Source: Eledone cirrhosa (Eukaryota). From it: 64,000 nt of DNA. The notes below the pieces were generated by a model that had not been told where the DNA came from, searched no databases, and saw only the letters and a list, made by a program, of their open reading frames with translations. This document shows, one piece after another, positions 24,297 through 38,251 of the stretch. The number at the start of each line of letters is the position of its first letter. Position 1 is the first letter of the stretch. A program made the translations under genes and the position numbers. The DNA lies in assembly GCA_964016885.1 (NCBI GenBank), contig OZ024743.1:327670001-327734000 (forward strand), in the 5' to 3' direction.

Positions 24297-27283
24297 TAAA
24301 TGGTCATGTTGGACAACATTGTTACGGCTATGACGGGATCCATGGAGGCTATGGGTTTGGTAGCAGAAATGAGGAATGCATCAGAATCCTGGAATTCTGT
24401 GACGCAAATAACCTAACTATCTGTAACACAAACTTCAAAAAATGAGACAATCACTTGATCAACTATAGATCAGGGGAACACGCCAGTCAGATAGATTATA
24501 TCTTTACCAGAAGACGTGACAAAGTGTCTGTTGTAAACACTAAATCCCTCCTCCGTGAAGAATGCACCTCCCAACATAGCCTCATAGTTAGTGACCTCAT
24601 AGTCAGGACGAGACGTTCTCGACAACAGAGGAGGACTATCCTGAGAAGAAGAATATGGAAGTTAAAGGACCACACAGCCAGTAGCAAATTTAAAAGCATA
24701 TTACTTGATGTTCTTGTCAGTAAGGAAGAGCAATTAGAGTTGTACAATATAGAGGAACATTGGGAATTCCTGAAAGCTAACCTGCTGAAGGTGACAGATG
24801 AAATCTGTGGCTGAAGCAGACCTATAGGCAGGAGGAGAGTAACTTGGTGGTGGAACAGTAAGGTGGAGGAGTCAATCAAGGCCAAAAAGCAAGCTTGGAA
24901 AGTATGGCTGTAGTAGAGAACACTATCAAGTGGCCAGGAGGGAAGCTAGGAGACAAGTGTACTTTGCAAGAAGGGAAGCAGAGGAAAGAAAGTTCAAGCA
25001 TGTTCTACAACGCGAGGACCAAAAATGTGAGGTGTTCAGGATTGCTAGACAATGTGTCAAGGAAAACCGTGATATTGTCGGGGAGAAGTGTGTCCGTAAT
25101 GGTGATGGTATACTTGCCATCACTGATGCTGATAAGAAGGTAGCCTGGAAGTGTCACTACGAGAGGCGACTAAATGAGGAGAATAAATAGGAAAAAGATA
25201 GTCTGCCCCAAATCGATCCAATAGAGGGACCAGCAGTGCAAGTTGAAGGTAGTATAATAAGTAAGGCAATCAAAGATATGAAGACAGGCAAAGCAGCTGG
25301 GCCTTCGGAGATAGTTGCTGAAATGCTGAAAGCATCTGGATCGGTGGGACACACTATGATCACCCGGATAGTAAACCAAGTCATACAGAATGGGGTCATA
25401 CCAAATGACTGGCATAGCAGCATCATCATTAACTGTTACAAGGGTAAAGGAGATGCCCTAGATAGGGGAAACTATAGAGGCATTAAATTAATTGACCAGG
25501 TCATGAAGGTCAGAGTTATAGTGCAGCTAATCAGAGCGAATTGATCTAGATGAAATGCAGTTTGGGTCTGTGTCAGGTAAAAGTACCACAGACGCTCTTT
25601 TCATTGTACGACAACTACAGAAGTACCTAGCTAAAAGTAAACCCCTATACTTAGCTTTTGTTGACTTGGAGAAAGCCTTTGACAGAGTCCCCAGCTCCAT
25701 TATCTGGTGGGCTCTTAGAAAACTAGGTGTTGATGAATGGCTTGTGGGAGCTATACAAGCCATGTATAAAGAAACAGTCAGCAAGGTTAGAATTAACAAC
25801 AAATATAGTGAAGAATTTAGTGTAAAAGTTGGTGATCATCAAGGCTCTGTCCTTAGCCCCCTCCTATTTATCATTGCCCTTCAGGCTATAACAGAGGAGT
25901 TCAAGACCGGCTGCCCATGGGAACTTCTATATGCAGATGATCTAATGCTCATAGTTGAATCGATGGCTGAACTAGAGAAGAAATTCCAAACATGGAAGCA
26001 TGGCCTAGAATCAAAAGGCCTTAAAATTAACTTGTCTAAGACTAAAGTTCTAGTATATAGGAAGGAAAATAGGGCACTGGTCCCCTCTGGGAAATGTCCA
26101 TGCTCAGTGTGTAGGAAAGGAGTAGGCAGAAACTCCATTTTATGTCTCAAATGCAAAATATGGGTGCATAAAAGATGTAGTGAGATCACAGGTAAGCTAA
26201 CTAAGAACATAGATTTTATATGTGAGCGGTGTTGAGGTGCAATAAGTAGCAAGTGCCCACAAGATACTAGCTCCTTCTATTGCCCAGATGGTTCTATAGA
26301 AATAGTGGACACCTTCCGTTAACTAGGTGACAAAATCAGCAGTGGTGGAGGATGCTCTGAAAGTACAGTAGCCAGAATCAGAATGGGATGGAAAAAGTTC
26401 AGAGAGCTTATACCACTATTGGCCGCTAAAGGTTTCTCTCTAAAAATGAAAGGCAGACTGTATGATGCCTGCATACGAACAGCAATGTTACATGGCAGTG
26501 AGACATGGGCATTGTGTGCAGAGGATCTGCGCAGATTGGAGAGGAACGAAGCTTGCATACTCTGTTGGATATGTAATAGTAATATATGTGAATGGCAAAG
26601 CATAAATGAACTAAGTGAGAAATTAGGAATAAGAGGGATCAGATGCTGTTTACTTGAGAGAAGACTACGTTGGTATGATCACGTGATGTGCACGAAAGAC
26701 GACAGCTGTATAAAAAAGTGCAGGGCCATCAAAATTGATGGAAGCTACGGAGTAGCAGACCCAGAAAAACCTGGGACGATTTGATAAATTCCGACCTTAC
26801 ACACTTACACCTCTCTAAGACAATGTCACTGGACCGAGATCTTTGGCGCTACGCAGTAATACAGAAGACCCGCCTTGCCTAAGTACAAAGCGAAACCTAC
26901 AGTCAGTAGGCACCTCTTAACTAAAAATACACCCCCATCCCACTACCCCTACCCACACCCCCCATATACACCACCCCTTTCTCTGTAAAGTTATGTTGGT
27001 ACCACAACATCCAGTCCTAAATAAATGAGGTCGTGTAGGTGTCACGACAAAAAAAAACACAGTCCATGCTGTAATGTGGCCGTGTAGGTAACACGGTAAA
27101 AACCTCCCAGTCCACACTGTAAACGTGGTTGGTATTAGGAAGGGCACCCAGCCGTAGAAAACCTACCAGACAGTCCTATACGAGCAAGACAACCAATCTT
27201 GCTTCAAGTGGGACAATTCCGTCTAAACCCATGCTAGCGTGGAAGATAGATGTTAAACGATGATGATGATGATGATGATGATG
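24297..27283 (+). mobile_element. RTE-clade LINE copy 1 (APE endonuclease end, RT, PHD-type finger, 3' UTR, (GAT)n tail), degenerate
   Basis: SQIDY, YRGIKL, FVDLEKAFDRV, QGSVLSPLLF, LLYADD, RLRWY in successive broken ORFs. Confidence 0.95.
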
Positions 27284-28529
27284 ATATATATATATATATA
27301 CATACATACATACACATATGTGATGACACAGGACCGAGATTTCTGGCGTTATGCAGTAATACAGAAGACCCGACTTCCTATGGGTATAGGCCGAAGCTGA
27401 AGCATATATACAGTATGCCCCACCCCACCCTCCCACTGTAAAGTGGAAGGGTAGATATCACAACAAAAAGCACCAAGTCTACACTAAAGTGGTTGTGTAG
27501 GTGTCACAACAAAAAGCACCCAGTACTCACTGTAAATGAGGTTGGTACTAGGAAGGGCATCCAGCTGTAGAAATCAATCCCAAATCAGTCCTGTATGAGC
27601 AAGACATGATCACCTGACCTAGCATTGCCCACAACAGGAAAAATCGTTGAACCCATGCTAGCGTGGAAGAATGGACATAAAACGGTGATGATGATATATT
27701 AAGTTAGATGGGTCTGTAATACAGCATATTTTGATAAGTCTCATTCCTACATACCCACCCTACTGTGAACAGTACAATCACGGATCGACCCATTCAATGG
27801 TGCAGATGGAATTTTTTATGAAGTTTGGAAAGGAATTTATTCAACTGGATGCTGAAGAATAAACTAATTATCTTCTTAGATTTGAAGCCATAGTTATATA
27901 GGTGAAGATACCAATTAATTGACATGAATGATTCTATATTAGTTAAACCTTTTTTGACATGAAACTGCCTGAAACCACCTCTGATTCTATGATACCAAAC
28001 TGTTTTCTGTAAGAAACTTTGCTGTGTTATGTTATAAAAGTCAACTTAATGAGAAAATTAGATATATTACTAAGCCCCTCCAACACAAACTTAATAATAA
28101 TAATAAAGTTAGTTATCCCTCCAAATATTGAAAAATTTGAAAAGTCATATGCAGTGTCTTTCATTAGAAATATGGTAATAAAAGGATTAAAGTTTTGGTA
28201 AAGTGACCTTAGTTTTCCAATGTTGAAATTAGGAAGTAAAAGGGGATAAACAGAAGCAAGAAATAAATATAAAGTACTTGTAGACTGAATGTAAAGTGTC
28301 AGTCCTACTGTGGAATAAATGTGTCAGTAATTCTACTGTGGACTTTTCATAAAGTGACTGTCTTTCTATTGTGGAATAAATATAAAGGTTTAAGTTTAAA
28401 AAAATTCAAAATTTGGAAAGCAAATGCAAATAAGAACAAAAATTAATGGTAGATGAAAAAAAAACCTATTAAAGTGTGTAGTGTTTGACTGAAAGGTAAA
28501 ATCATTAAGTTTAAATGTCTTCTAATTTT

Positions 28530-29550
28530 AGTAATAACTTTCAAGACTCCTAATTACCATTGCTTAAGTGCTTTCCAGAGATCAGGCCACACGGCACACA
28601 GAAGGCTTTTAACATATCAGGCCAAATTTCATCCTCCCCAGCAGATTTACTGCATTTGAGCTCTTTAAATGCTCTTGTGACCTCAGTCTCTGAGAGTTTA
28701 GTTGTCGCCCCCAGATGCACTTGGTGTACATCAGAATATGCTGTTGTGAATGGGTATCAGCAAGGTATTCTCTTCACCTTGTGAGGATGCACCTCTCTGA
28801 AGAGAGAACCCCAGACATATTCCTGATAGGCATGGAAGGAGACTTATGGGCGGATGGTTTGCCAGGACATTTTATTTGCTAATCTGAAGTTGAATTCCAG
28901 CTTAACCCCAGTCTCCCCACTTTGGATGCATTTACTGACTCTACTGCAACTTTTCTCACCTGCTTGTACCGCAAGTGCAAGAAGGAGGACTTATTTGCAA
29001 GCCAAATTTTTTAGCCTCCTTTGCTTGAATGGCATTTTTGTTCACTTGAGTGAACCAAGGCGTCTTCTAGTCACTTGACACCACACCAAGCCGTTTTTGC
29101 CTGTAGCATTTAAGAGCTGAACAGTCTCCACTCCATTTCAATGTCCTCAGTTTTCTCAGGGAGTTCTCTGAATTATGGATGCAATAGTATCCGCAGGCCT
29201 ATTCCTGAATTTCTTATCTGCCAGTATTTCCCACTTTATCATGTAGGTTGAGCTGGACCTGTAAGCTTTGTGGGCTCTCTTGGCTTTAGGTAGTCCCAGG
29301 TTGCAGATCACTATATGGTGATCTGTTGGCAGCTCAGCCCTTCTCTTAACACAAACACCCAGTATAGAATCAAAGAAATCAGAGACAATAACAAAATCAA
29401 TTATTGATCTTTGTCCCTGATTTCCTTTATACCATGTGTATTTATAGATGTCTTTGTGCTGGAAAAAGGTTTCATAATAGAAGTCTAATAAAACCTCTCT
29501 GTTTGCATTTAGATTGGTACTAACAGGTACTTTGAAGTCTCCCATTAGGA
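28530..29550 (-). mobile_element. Degenerate LINE (APE endonuclease region)
   Basis: ORF 29156..29545 with MGDF, YTWY, RSIIDF and TDHH endonuclease motifs. Confidence 0.75.
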
Positions 29551-31035
29551 TATATGTTTCATGCAGTACAAGGCATTAAGAGTTAATGAGTAAATGATTC
29601 TAACATGCTGCATGTTAGTAGTTCACATATATATCAGAAAATTTAAAAGAAAAGGCTAAAGTGATTACTAGATAAAATTTTAATACTATCTATCATATCT
29701 GTCAACTTAGCTTTTCATCCTTTCAGGGCTGATAAATAATGTTCAAATCTTGCCTTCTGTCATTGGAAGAGTAATGGCACTTCTGCAAACGTTATACAGT
29801 ATTAGCAATGGAAAGACCAATAAAAACATCATTTCTTTTGTCTAATATAAAGTACCACTTTTGGGTGGATTGGCAGATGCTTTGAAGTATTTCTTATGGG
29901 CCTTTACATTCTAAGTGTGCTGGCAACACCCCTGATGTGAAGCTGTATCAGCATTTGCCTTTCCTTTGGACAACAGGGACATGAAGATGGGAGACTTGCA
30001 TTCATGAATGACTGCTTGTCTTCTAAAATAAAAAAAAAAAAAAAAAAAAGAACTTTCCCTGGCCAGCGACTTGAAGAGGAAACTTCCAGCAGGTGGTCAA
30101 CCATAACAGAACTTTATCTGTGTCATATCTATAGCAGACTGGAGCAATGTGTGACACATCAATATGATTATTCATATAATATGAGAAATTATACATTTGA
30201 AATTGTTGAAGAAAAGAAAAAAATTTGGTATGATCTTGAAATTATTTGTGACCTGAGAGTATGTTAACAAAAAGGTCAAGGTGATAGAGTAAAGTTTGTA
30301 GATTTAACTGTAGCTAGATCTGGTAGCAGCTGGAGCAATAGTGTATATAGTTCAGTAGTGTTGAGGGTAGAAACAGAAGGAAAATGATTACAAGTTTTGT
30401 GTGTGTGTGCAATAGTGTGTGTGCATTAAAGTATGATAGAAAGGACATCCATCTGTAGAAACCATGCTAAAACTGGAATTATGTAAGCTAGATATGACAC
30501 TTTGTCCCTCTGGGAGGACAGCTACTCTGATTAAGTACTAACTTGGTGTGTGATGACCAATCCTACTAATGGTAGCATGGAAGAACATATTCAGTGATGA
30601 TGACAATAATGTGAATGAATAAAGAATAAAGAGATGTGAAAGGTGTCATTCAGTATAAAAATCATTAAGAAGAATGAAATAAATAAGAGAAGTACAGATT
30701 ATCTGTTATATAAAATCAATTTATAACAAGGAATTGGTAACTATGTTGCTCTGTGCATAGTTTCACCACTTCCACATCCACCACTACAACTGTAACCGTC
30801 TCAGTACACACTCTCTACCTTTCTCACACATTCCAGAAAACTATTATGTTCCCTCATTCATTTATTCTCTTTTTTTTTCTCATTCTTTCTCCATTCGAAT
30901 TGAATGGACACAGCTTTGGTTGTATCTTCACTTACTCAATAATTTAATTAAGTCAGAACTCAACCGATCAGAGTGTACACTTAAATGTTAATCAGTGAGG
31001 AAGACGACTTTGTGTGGGTAGGAAATGTTATATAT

Positions 31036-32955
31036 ATCATCATCACCGTTTTACGTCCGTTCTTCCATGCTAGCATGGGTTAGACAGGTTGTCCTGTTGT
31101 GGGCAGTGTCTGGTCGGCTGACCATGCCTTGCTCATACAGGAACTAATTTTGACTTGATTTCTACAGCCGGATGCCCTTCCTAACACCAACCTCATTTAC
31201 AGTGAGTGCTGGGTGCTTTTTTCTGTGGCGCCTACACGTCCACTTTACAGTGTGGGCTGGGTGCTTTTTTGCCGTGGCACCTCCACAACCACTTTGCAGT
31301 GGAAGGGTGTGGGGGCATATTGTCTATATGCTTCAGCTTGTACCCATGGGAGGTCGGGTACTCTGTATTACTGCGTGACGCCAGAGGTCACGGTCGTGTG
31401 TCATCGCCTTTGAGAGGTGTAATTGGGTAAGGTTGGCTTTTATCACCTCATCCCAGGTCTTCTTGGGTCTCCCCACTCCGCGGTTTCCATTGACTTCTAC
31501 TGCTCTGCACCTTTTTATGCAGCTGTCATCCTTCATACGCATCACATTTCCATACCAACGCAACCGCCTCTCCTGCACACAGCATTTGATTCCTCTTATG
31601 CTCAGTCTCTCTCTCAATTCATTTATGCTTTGCCGTTCACGTATATTACTATTACACATCCATTGGAGCATGCAGGCTTCGTTTCTTTCTAATCTACGTA
31701 AGTCTTCCACCTTCAGCGCCCAGGTCTCACTACCATATAACATTGTTGTTCGGATACACGCATCATACAGTCTGCCTTTCATTTTGTGGCAATAGTTCCC
31801 TGAACTTCTTCCATCCCGTTCTTACCCTAGTTATTGTACTTTCTGAACACCCACCTCCACTGCTAATTCGGTCACCTAGGTAGCCGAAGCTGTCTACTGT
31901 TTCTACAGAGCCCTACCAGAGATTGGTGGTACTTGTTTCCTGAGATTGGTGGTACATGTTTGCTGTCCCAGCACAGCTGCTACATGTGAAGCCTACATTC
32001 TTAATTAAGCTTCCTGAGATCCCGCTACATCTCTTGTGTACCCATTGTTTGCATTTGGGGCAGAGAATGGAGTTTCTACCTACACCTTTCCTACAAACTG
32101 AGCAAGGCCATTTCTCTGAGGGGATCTGGGTTCTGTTTTCTCGTCTACTTTCAAGGACCTTAGTCTTTGTCATGTTGACTTTGAGACCGTTTCTTTCTAG
32201 TCCCTGCTTCCAAGTTTGGAATTTCTTCTCTAGTTCTTCCATAGATTCAGCTATAAGTGCGAGGTCATCTGCATACAGGAGTTCCCATGGGCATCTGGTC
32301 TTAAACTCCTCCGTTAATGCCTGCAGGACTATGATGAACAGGAGAGGGCTAAGAACAGAGCCCTGGTGGACACCAACCTGTACGCTAAATTTCTCGCTAT
32401 ACTCATTGCTAATCCTAACTTTGCTGACTGCTCCCCTATACATGGCTTGTACAGCTTTCACAAGCCATTCATCTACTCCTAGTTTTCTAAGAGCCCACCA
32501 GATTATAGCACGTGGAACTCTGTCAAAGACTTTCTCGAGATCAACGAATGCCAGGTAGAGTGGCTTACTTTTAGCTAGGTACTTTTCCTGTAACTGCCTC
32601 ACAAGGAAGAGGGCATCAGTAGTGCCTCTTCCTGGTACAAACCCAAATTGCATCTCGTCTAGTTTCACCCGGTCCCTAATCAACTGTGCTATAACTCTTT
32701 CTGTTACTTTCATGACCTGGTCCATCAGCTTTATACCTCTATCTAGTGCATCACCTTTACCTTTGTAGCAGTTGACAATGATGCTACTGCACCAATCTTT
32801 TGGTATGACACCTTCTAGTATTACCTGGTTAACAATACGTGTGGTTATAGTGTGACCTACAGACCCAGATGCCTTCAGCATCTCGGCAGCTATACCCGAT
32901 GGACCGGTTGCTTTCCCCATCTTCATATCTTTGGTTGCCTTACTTACTACGCTGC
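31036..32955 (-). mobile_element. RTE-clade LINE copy 2 (related subfamily, 5'-truncated)
   Basis: 337-aa ORF 31913..32926 with RT motifs (GVHQGSVLSP, YADD); C-terminal ORF 31333..31782; shared 3' tail. Confidence 0.95.
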
Positions 32956-32986
<31 letters not shown>

Positions 32987-33440
32987 TTGCTAGCAAATGG
33001 AGTAGTGGAAACTAATTAATTAGTCCAGGAAGAGAGAATCTAATTCTCTCCCCATACTTTGTCACAGTATTGTTATATATATATATCATCATCATCATCA
33101 CCGTTTTACGTCCGTTCTTCCACACTAGTATGGGTTAGACGGGTTGTCCTGTTGTGGGCATTGTAAGGTCGGCTGACCTTATCTTGCTCATACGGGAACT
33201 GATTCTGGCCTGATTTCTACAGCTGGATGCTCTTCCTAACACCAACCTCATTTACAGTGAGTACTGGGTGCTTTTTTGCCGTGGCACCTCCACGACAACT
33301 TTGCAGTGGAATGATATGGACCCCAGTCCCTATCATCTCATTTCTACAGCTGAGTAAACCGGAGCAATGTGAAATAAAGTGTCTTGCTCAAGGAAACAAC
33401 ACATCACTCGGTCTATAATATATATATATATGTATGTATG

Positions 33441-33495
<55 letters not shown>

Positions 33496-33580
33496 AAGAA
33501 ACAATCTTGTCTAGTGCCGTGTGTAAAGATAGAAGGCAGGGGCGGGAAGGTCAATGTACTGCCACTAGAAATAGCAGCAG

Positions 33581-33635
<55 letters not shown>

Positions 33636-34502
33636 AATAATGGAGCTGCGGCGTTGCAAATGGGTTACATATGAAAAAGTAAGTCCTTCATCAGTGGCCT
33701 TCCAACCGTCCTAGGCATTTCATCGCTTTAAGGGCCATATACCTCAGGTTGGTGCGAACAACGGCTAAAAAAAATCGTTGGGACACGTAAATAAAGGGGA
33801 CGTTAGGGTGAACAAACAAAATGGTTTAAGCAACAGAAAGTGAGAAGAAAGAGACAAGTCCCAGATTTCTATGAATATAAACTCGGTGAAATCGTGAACG
33901 AGAGAATAAAGACCATCAAACCTGGTTGAAATGTGAGCAAGGAAGGAATTTCGCACAGGTCTAACGGGGGGAAGAAGAAGGGGTCTGGTCTGCGAATTCG
34001 GTAAACATAAGTTCTGTGAAGTCGCAGTCGAGAGAGAGAGAGAAAAAAAATTCATACCGGCTTGGCAAAGAGCGCGCGAGAAAAGAAATCGGACAGGTCA
34101 AACGGGAAGAAAGAGGAGGAGAGGTAGTGACAGAGAATGAGTGAGTGAAAGTTGAGGAGGAGGCTAACAGAGAGAGAGAGACTGCTAGAAAGGGTAAAGA
34201 TACAATGAACGAAACAGACGGGTGGCAGCATACATATATACATACATATACACATACACATATATATATATATCCCTATATGTATTTTGCATGTAGGGAA
34301 ACATACTTTATTATTATTAATCTCCCCTGGTCGAGATAACATTTTGGTCGTTTTAACTGCTGCTATTTCTAGTGGCAGTACATTGACCTTCCCACCCCTG
34401 CCTTCTATCTTTACACACGGCACTAGACAAGATTGTTTCTTCATCATACATTCTCATCCGGGAATAGTTCTGTATGGCGCCAGTTCGTGATTTGAACTCG
34501 GG

Positions 34503-34593
34503 AATTTTACTCTGACGAAAGTCTTCTCTCAATGGATTTCCGCATGGATTATCCATTTATTTTGAGACTTGAAACCGCGCGGTAAGGGTAATT
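34503..34593 (+). ncRNA. Type I hammerhead ribozyme (Penelope-like)
   Basis: CTGACGA (34512), stem II aagtctt/gagactt, GAAA (34571), palindromic stem III accgcgcggt, GUA triplet; stem I imperfect. Confidence 0.75.
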
Positions 34594-34924
34594 ATAGCAG
34601 GTACAGTGAACTTTTTAAAATTTATTTTAAAACTTTTTCTTATTTGGTAAACCTTGATTATATATATATATATATATGTATATATATACATATATGTATA
34701 TATATATATATCTTCTATACATATAACAGTGAGGATGTGTGTGTGTGTCTGTGGACAACTTTGGACAGCTAAAGCTTTTACAATTCCCAACCGAATTTGA
34801 CCAAATTTTCTGTGCACGTTGCACTTGTCGTTAAGATGGTCACTCGTACCAAAGCCAGAGCTAAACAAAAAAAAAATTAATGAATATATATATATATATA
34901 TATGCATTAATTTTTTCTGTTTAG

Positions 34925-36100
34925 CTCTAGCCTTGGTACGAGTGATGAAGAACGTGTCCTGCATGTGCAACCCAACAGAAATGGAAAGACACATCCAACA
35001 CTTTATCAACCGCATGCAGTTCTCTGGCTACAACCAAAGAGACAGAGTCAGAGTATACGAAGGAGCCACGGAGAAGTATAAGATCCTCATAGAACTGGAC
35101 ATGAAAGGAATTTGCCCATTATACAGGAGCAAATCATGGACTACCTTAGATAGAACTAAACATAAGATAGGGAAAGCCACCCCATGGTACGACAACCAGC
35201 GATACCAGAGTGTCATGTTCGTGGACGCTACCCCTGGAGGGAAATTAGCTAACCAGTGTAGAAAGGCTCTGAGAAAGACCCACTTAAAGATTAAGGTGGT
35301 AGAAAAGCCAGGAACTACCATAAAATCCCTGATCAGCAAAACATACCCTTTTAAGAAAACCCACTGTACAAATAGGAAATGTATTATATGTAAAGTAAAC
35401 CCCCAGATAAGCTGTAAAACTAGAAACGTAGTCTATAGCATAAGATGTACAGAGGGTACTTGCAGAAACATGACAACAACATACATAGGTGAGACAGCTG
35501 GTAGCATAGGTGAAAGGATAGACCAACACTGGGGGGAACTAAAAGGATGAAAAAACGGTTCAGTACTATACAAACATGCTAGACAACAACATGACGGTAA
35601 CATAGACAACATAGAAATTAAAATAATATCTAAACATAGAAATGACCCAGCAGATAGGCAAGTGAAATAGAACTTAGAAGGCCAAAGCTAAACAGAAAAA
35701 ATGAATGGAATAACAACACCCAAACAAACAATACTGACTTAAGAGAAATATAAATAAATAAATAAATAAATAAATAAATATATACACAAGCACAATAACA
35801 ACAAACACATATAAGCACACACTAGTAAACTAAGATAGAATACAATAACCAAAACACAGTTACCCAAACGCGAACACACACCAAACACTATACACACTCG
35901 CAAACGCAGAGAAGAAGACAAAAATAAATAAATAAACATTAAATAAAGATGGCGTAAATATACAATACAACAGGAGGAACATAATAGCACCACTGACGAT
36001 GTTGCAGATGTGCAATGAAAGAACTGTGTTAGACTATATATATGTGTTTATATCTATATTATAGCTGTATTTTTGACCGTTGGTCAGTCAATGGTAAACA
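34925..36100 (+). mobile_element. Penelope-like element 3' part (RT thumb, Cys-rich linker, GIY-YIG endonuclease)
   Basis: ORF 34819..35550: FVDATPGG, C-x4-C-x2-C linker, NVVY...YIGET...ERIDQH; hammerhead remnant downstream. Confidence 0.85.
35986..36030 (+). ncRNA. Degenerate hammerhead motif in the 3' region of a Penelope-like element
   Basis: CTGACGA-t-gttgca(gatg)tgcaat-GAAA; stem III and cleavage triplet decayed; about 450 bp after the GIY-YIG ORF. Confidence 0.5.
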
Positions 36101-37058
36101 TTGAGGACCGAATGAATTAACTGATATAAAAGATACAGAAGTGAAAACCAACCTAACAGTGAGTGTGTTCTGTTATTAATTCTGGCAATATTATTACAAC
36201 AATATGACCCTCCCCAAGTATAACAATATATATATATGTATATATATAAATAAATTTAGTCCTTCATCAGTGATCTTCCAGCCTTCATTGGTATTTCATC
36301 GCTTTAAAGACCGTATACCTCTGGTTGGTGCGAGCAATGGCTAAAGAAAGTCGTTGGGACACGTAAATAGGGGGAACGAGCGAGACAGTAAATAAACAAA
36401 GATGGTAATGCAACGAAAAGTGAGGAAGAACGAGTCAAGTCCCTGAAATCGAGAGAGAATAAAGACCATCCAACCTGGTCGAAATGTGAGTGGGGAAAGA
36501 ATTTCGCACAGGTCAAACGGGTGGAAGTAGGAGAGGGATTAGCAGAGAGTGAGTGAGTGAAAGTGTGAGGAAGAGGCTAACAGAGAGAGTGACTGTCAGA
36601 GGGGGTAAAAGGAAGTGAGAGATACAGAGAAAGGGGAAGCAGTAAGAAAGAAATATATAAGAAAAATATATAAATATATGAAAAATATGAAAACATGGCA
36701 TGCTGCGTGGTTGCAAATGGGTTACATATGAATAAAGTTAGTCCTTCATCAGTGATCTTCCAGCCTTCATTGGTATTTCATCGCTTTAAAGACCGTATAC
36801 CTCTGGTTGGTGCGAGCAACGGCTAAAGAAAGTCGTTGGGACACGTAAATAGAAGGCTGGAAGATCACTGATGAAGGACTAAATTTATTCATATGAAATC
36901 CATTTGCAACCACGCAGCACGCCATGTTTTCATATTTTTCATATATTTATATATTTTCCTCGCTGTGACCCGTCTGTTTCTTTCTTACTGCTTCCCCTTT
37001 CTCTGTATCTCCCACTTCCTTTTACCCCCTCTGCCAGTCACTCTCTCTGTTAGCCTCT

Positions 37059-37547
37059 TGCCAATGCCTCTAGCTGCACAGCACATAGAAGGCGCCTCAC
37101 CTGGCCACTTCATTGCCTTGCAGGATGTACAGACATTATCCATTTTGCCAATGGAAACTGTAGGCAGAAGTCCGTAATCCTCAGAGGGATTATATCTTAA
37201 GGCTGCTTTTACCCAGCCTGAGCTCTTGGCAGCAGTAGCTAATGTATGCCTGGAACACTTAGCAGCAAGCCTGTTGTCTCTGTCTGCCGTGGACTCCTCT
37301 GCAAGCGCTTGTTGACGACGAAGGCGAACTCCAGCAAGCCTCGTCTGACGGGATGTTGGTGACTCCTCTGCAAGCGCTTGTTGGTGACGAAGGCGAACAC
37401 CAGCAAGCCTCGTTGTACGGGATGTTGGTGACTCCTCCGCAAGCGCTTGTTGGTGACGAAGGCGAACATCAGCAAGCCTTGTCGTGACTCAACCAGCCAG
37501 GAAAGACGTATATCAGCGAGTCGAGATTCGCGCTCAGCAGGTGTTTC
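37059..37547 (-). mobile_element. Helitron RepHel N-terminal fragment: STPR-like 23-aa repeats plus zinc finger
   Basis: Minus frame ETPAERESRLADIRL..., 69-bp repeats encoding ESPTSRTTRLAGVRLRHQQALAE, then IGKMDNVCTSCKAMKWPGEAPSMCC. Confidence 0.85.
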
Positions 37548-37995
37548 CTAGAGAAAGTTAAATAATGCTACTGGTTAGCTAAGCCAAAGGCACTGTGCCA
37601 ATAGTAAATGAGAAAAGTGTAATATGAACAAAAGGGAATCAAGGTAAGACAATAAATTTAATATAACTACGATTAGAATGTTGTAGTTGCTTAAAAGTGG
37701 TGACAGTTAGGATAAACGCAGTGTTTGCTAACATTAAAGGAGAATATTGCATAAAGGATTAACCAATTGTGAATGAACGCATACCTGAGAACGCCTAATT
37801 CGTCGTCTCAAAGCAGTAGCTGTATCTTTTTTGGAGGTAAGTCTTGAACGTTTCCGTGTGGGCATAACGACGTGTAACGAAGCTGTTTGGTTAAAGAGAG
37901 GTGACACCAGATTCGTACAGAGAGAGGTGACACCAGATTCGCTAGCATGGTTACTGGTGAATGGGAAGGTTTGGAAATATGATTATAATAACTTA

Positions 37996-38251
37996 CCGAA
38001 TTTTCCGGCCTATAAAGTGCACTTAAAATACCTAAATTTCATAAAAAAACAGCTCTGCGCTTTATACTCCGGTGAGCCTTATATATAAATAATACAATGG
38101 TAATCAATCACGGCTCTAACAGAAGTAATAGATCTAGACTAAAAGTAAAGAAGATAGCATTTTCCTGGTTGGCCTTACACGCCGTTGCGCGGACCTGATT
38201 TTAAATGATATGCCTTATATCCCGGTGAGCCTTATAGAGCGGAAAATACGG
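37996..38251. mobile_element. TA-flanked MITE (pogo/Tigger-like termini)
   Basis: ta|ccgaattttccggcctataaag ... cttatagagcggaaaatacgg|ta imperfect TIRs. Confidence 0.7.

Larger units (their letters stand above)
33640..37058. repeat. Repeat family in direct and inverted partial copies (33640-34210, 36250-36850, 36853-37058)
   Basis: gtccttcatcagtg...gggacacgtaaata block at about 33683, 36259 and 36741; inverted copy from 36853. The arrangement resembles Penelope pLTRs. Confidence 0.65.

Noticed and set aside
36860-36910. Hammerhead at ctgatgaaggac...gaaa
   Set aside because: No stem II or stem III pairing, and sister copies read gtaa instead of gaaa; at most a 5' half.
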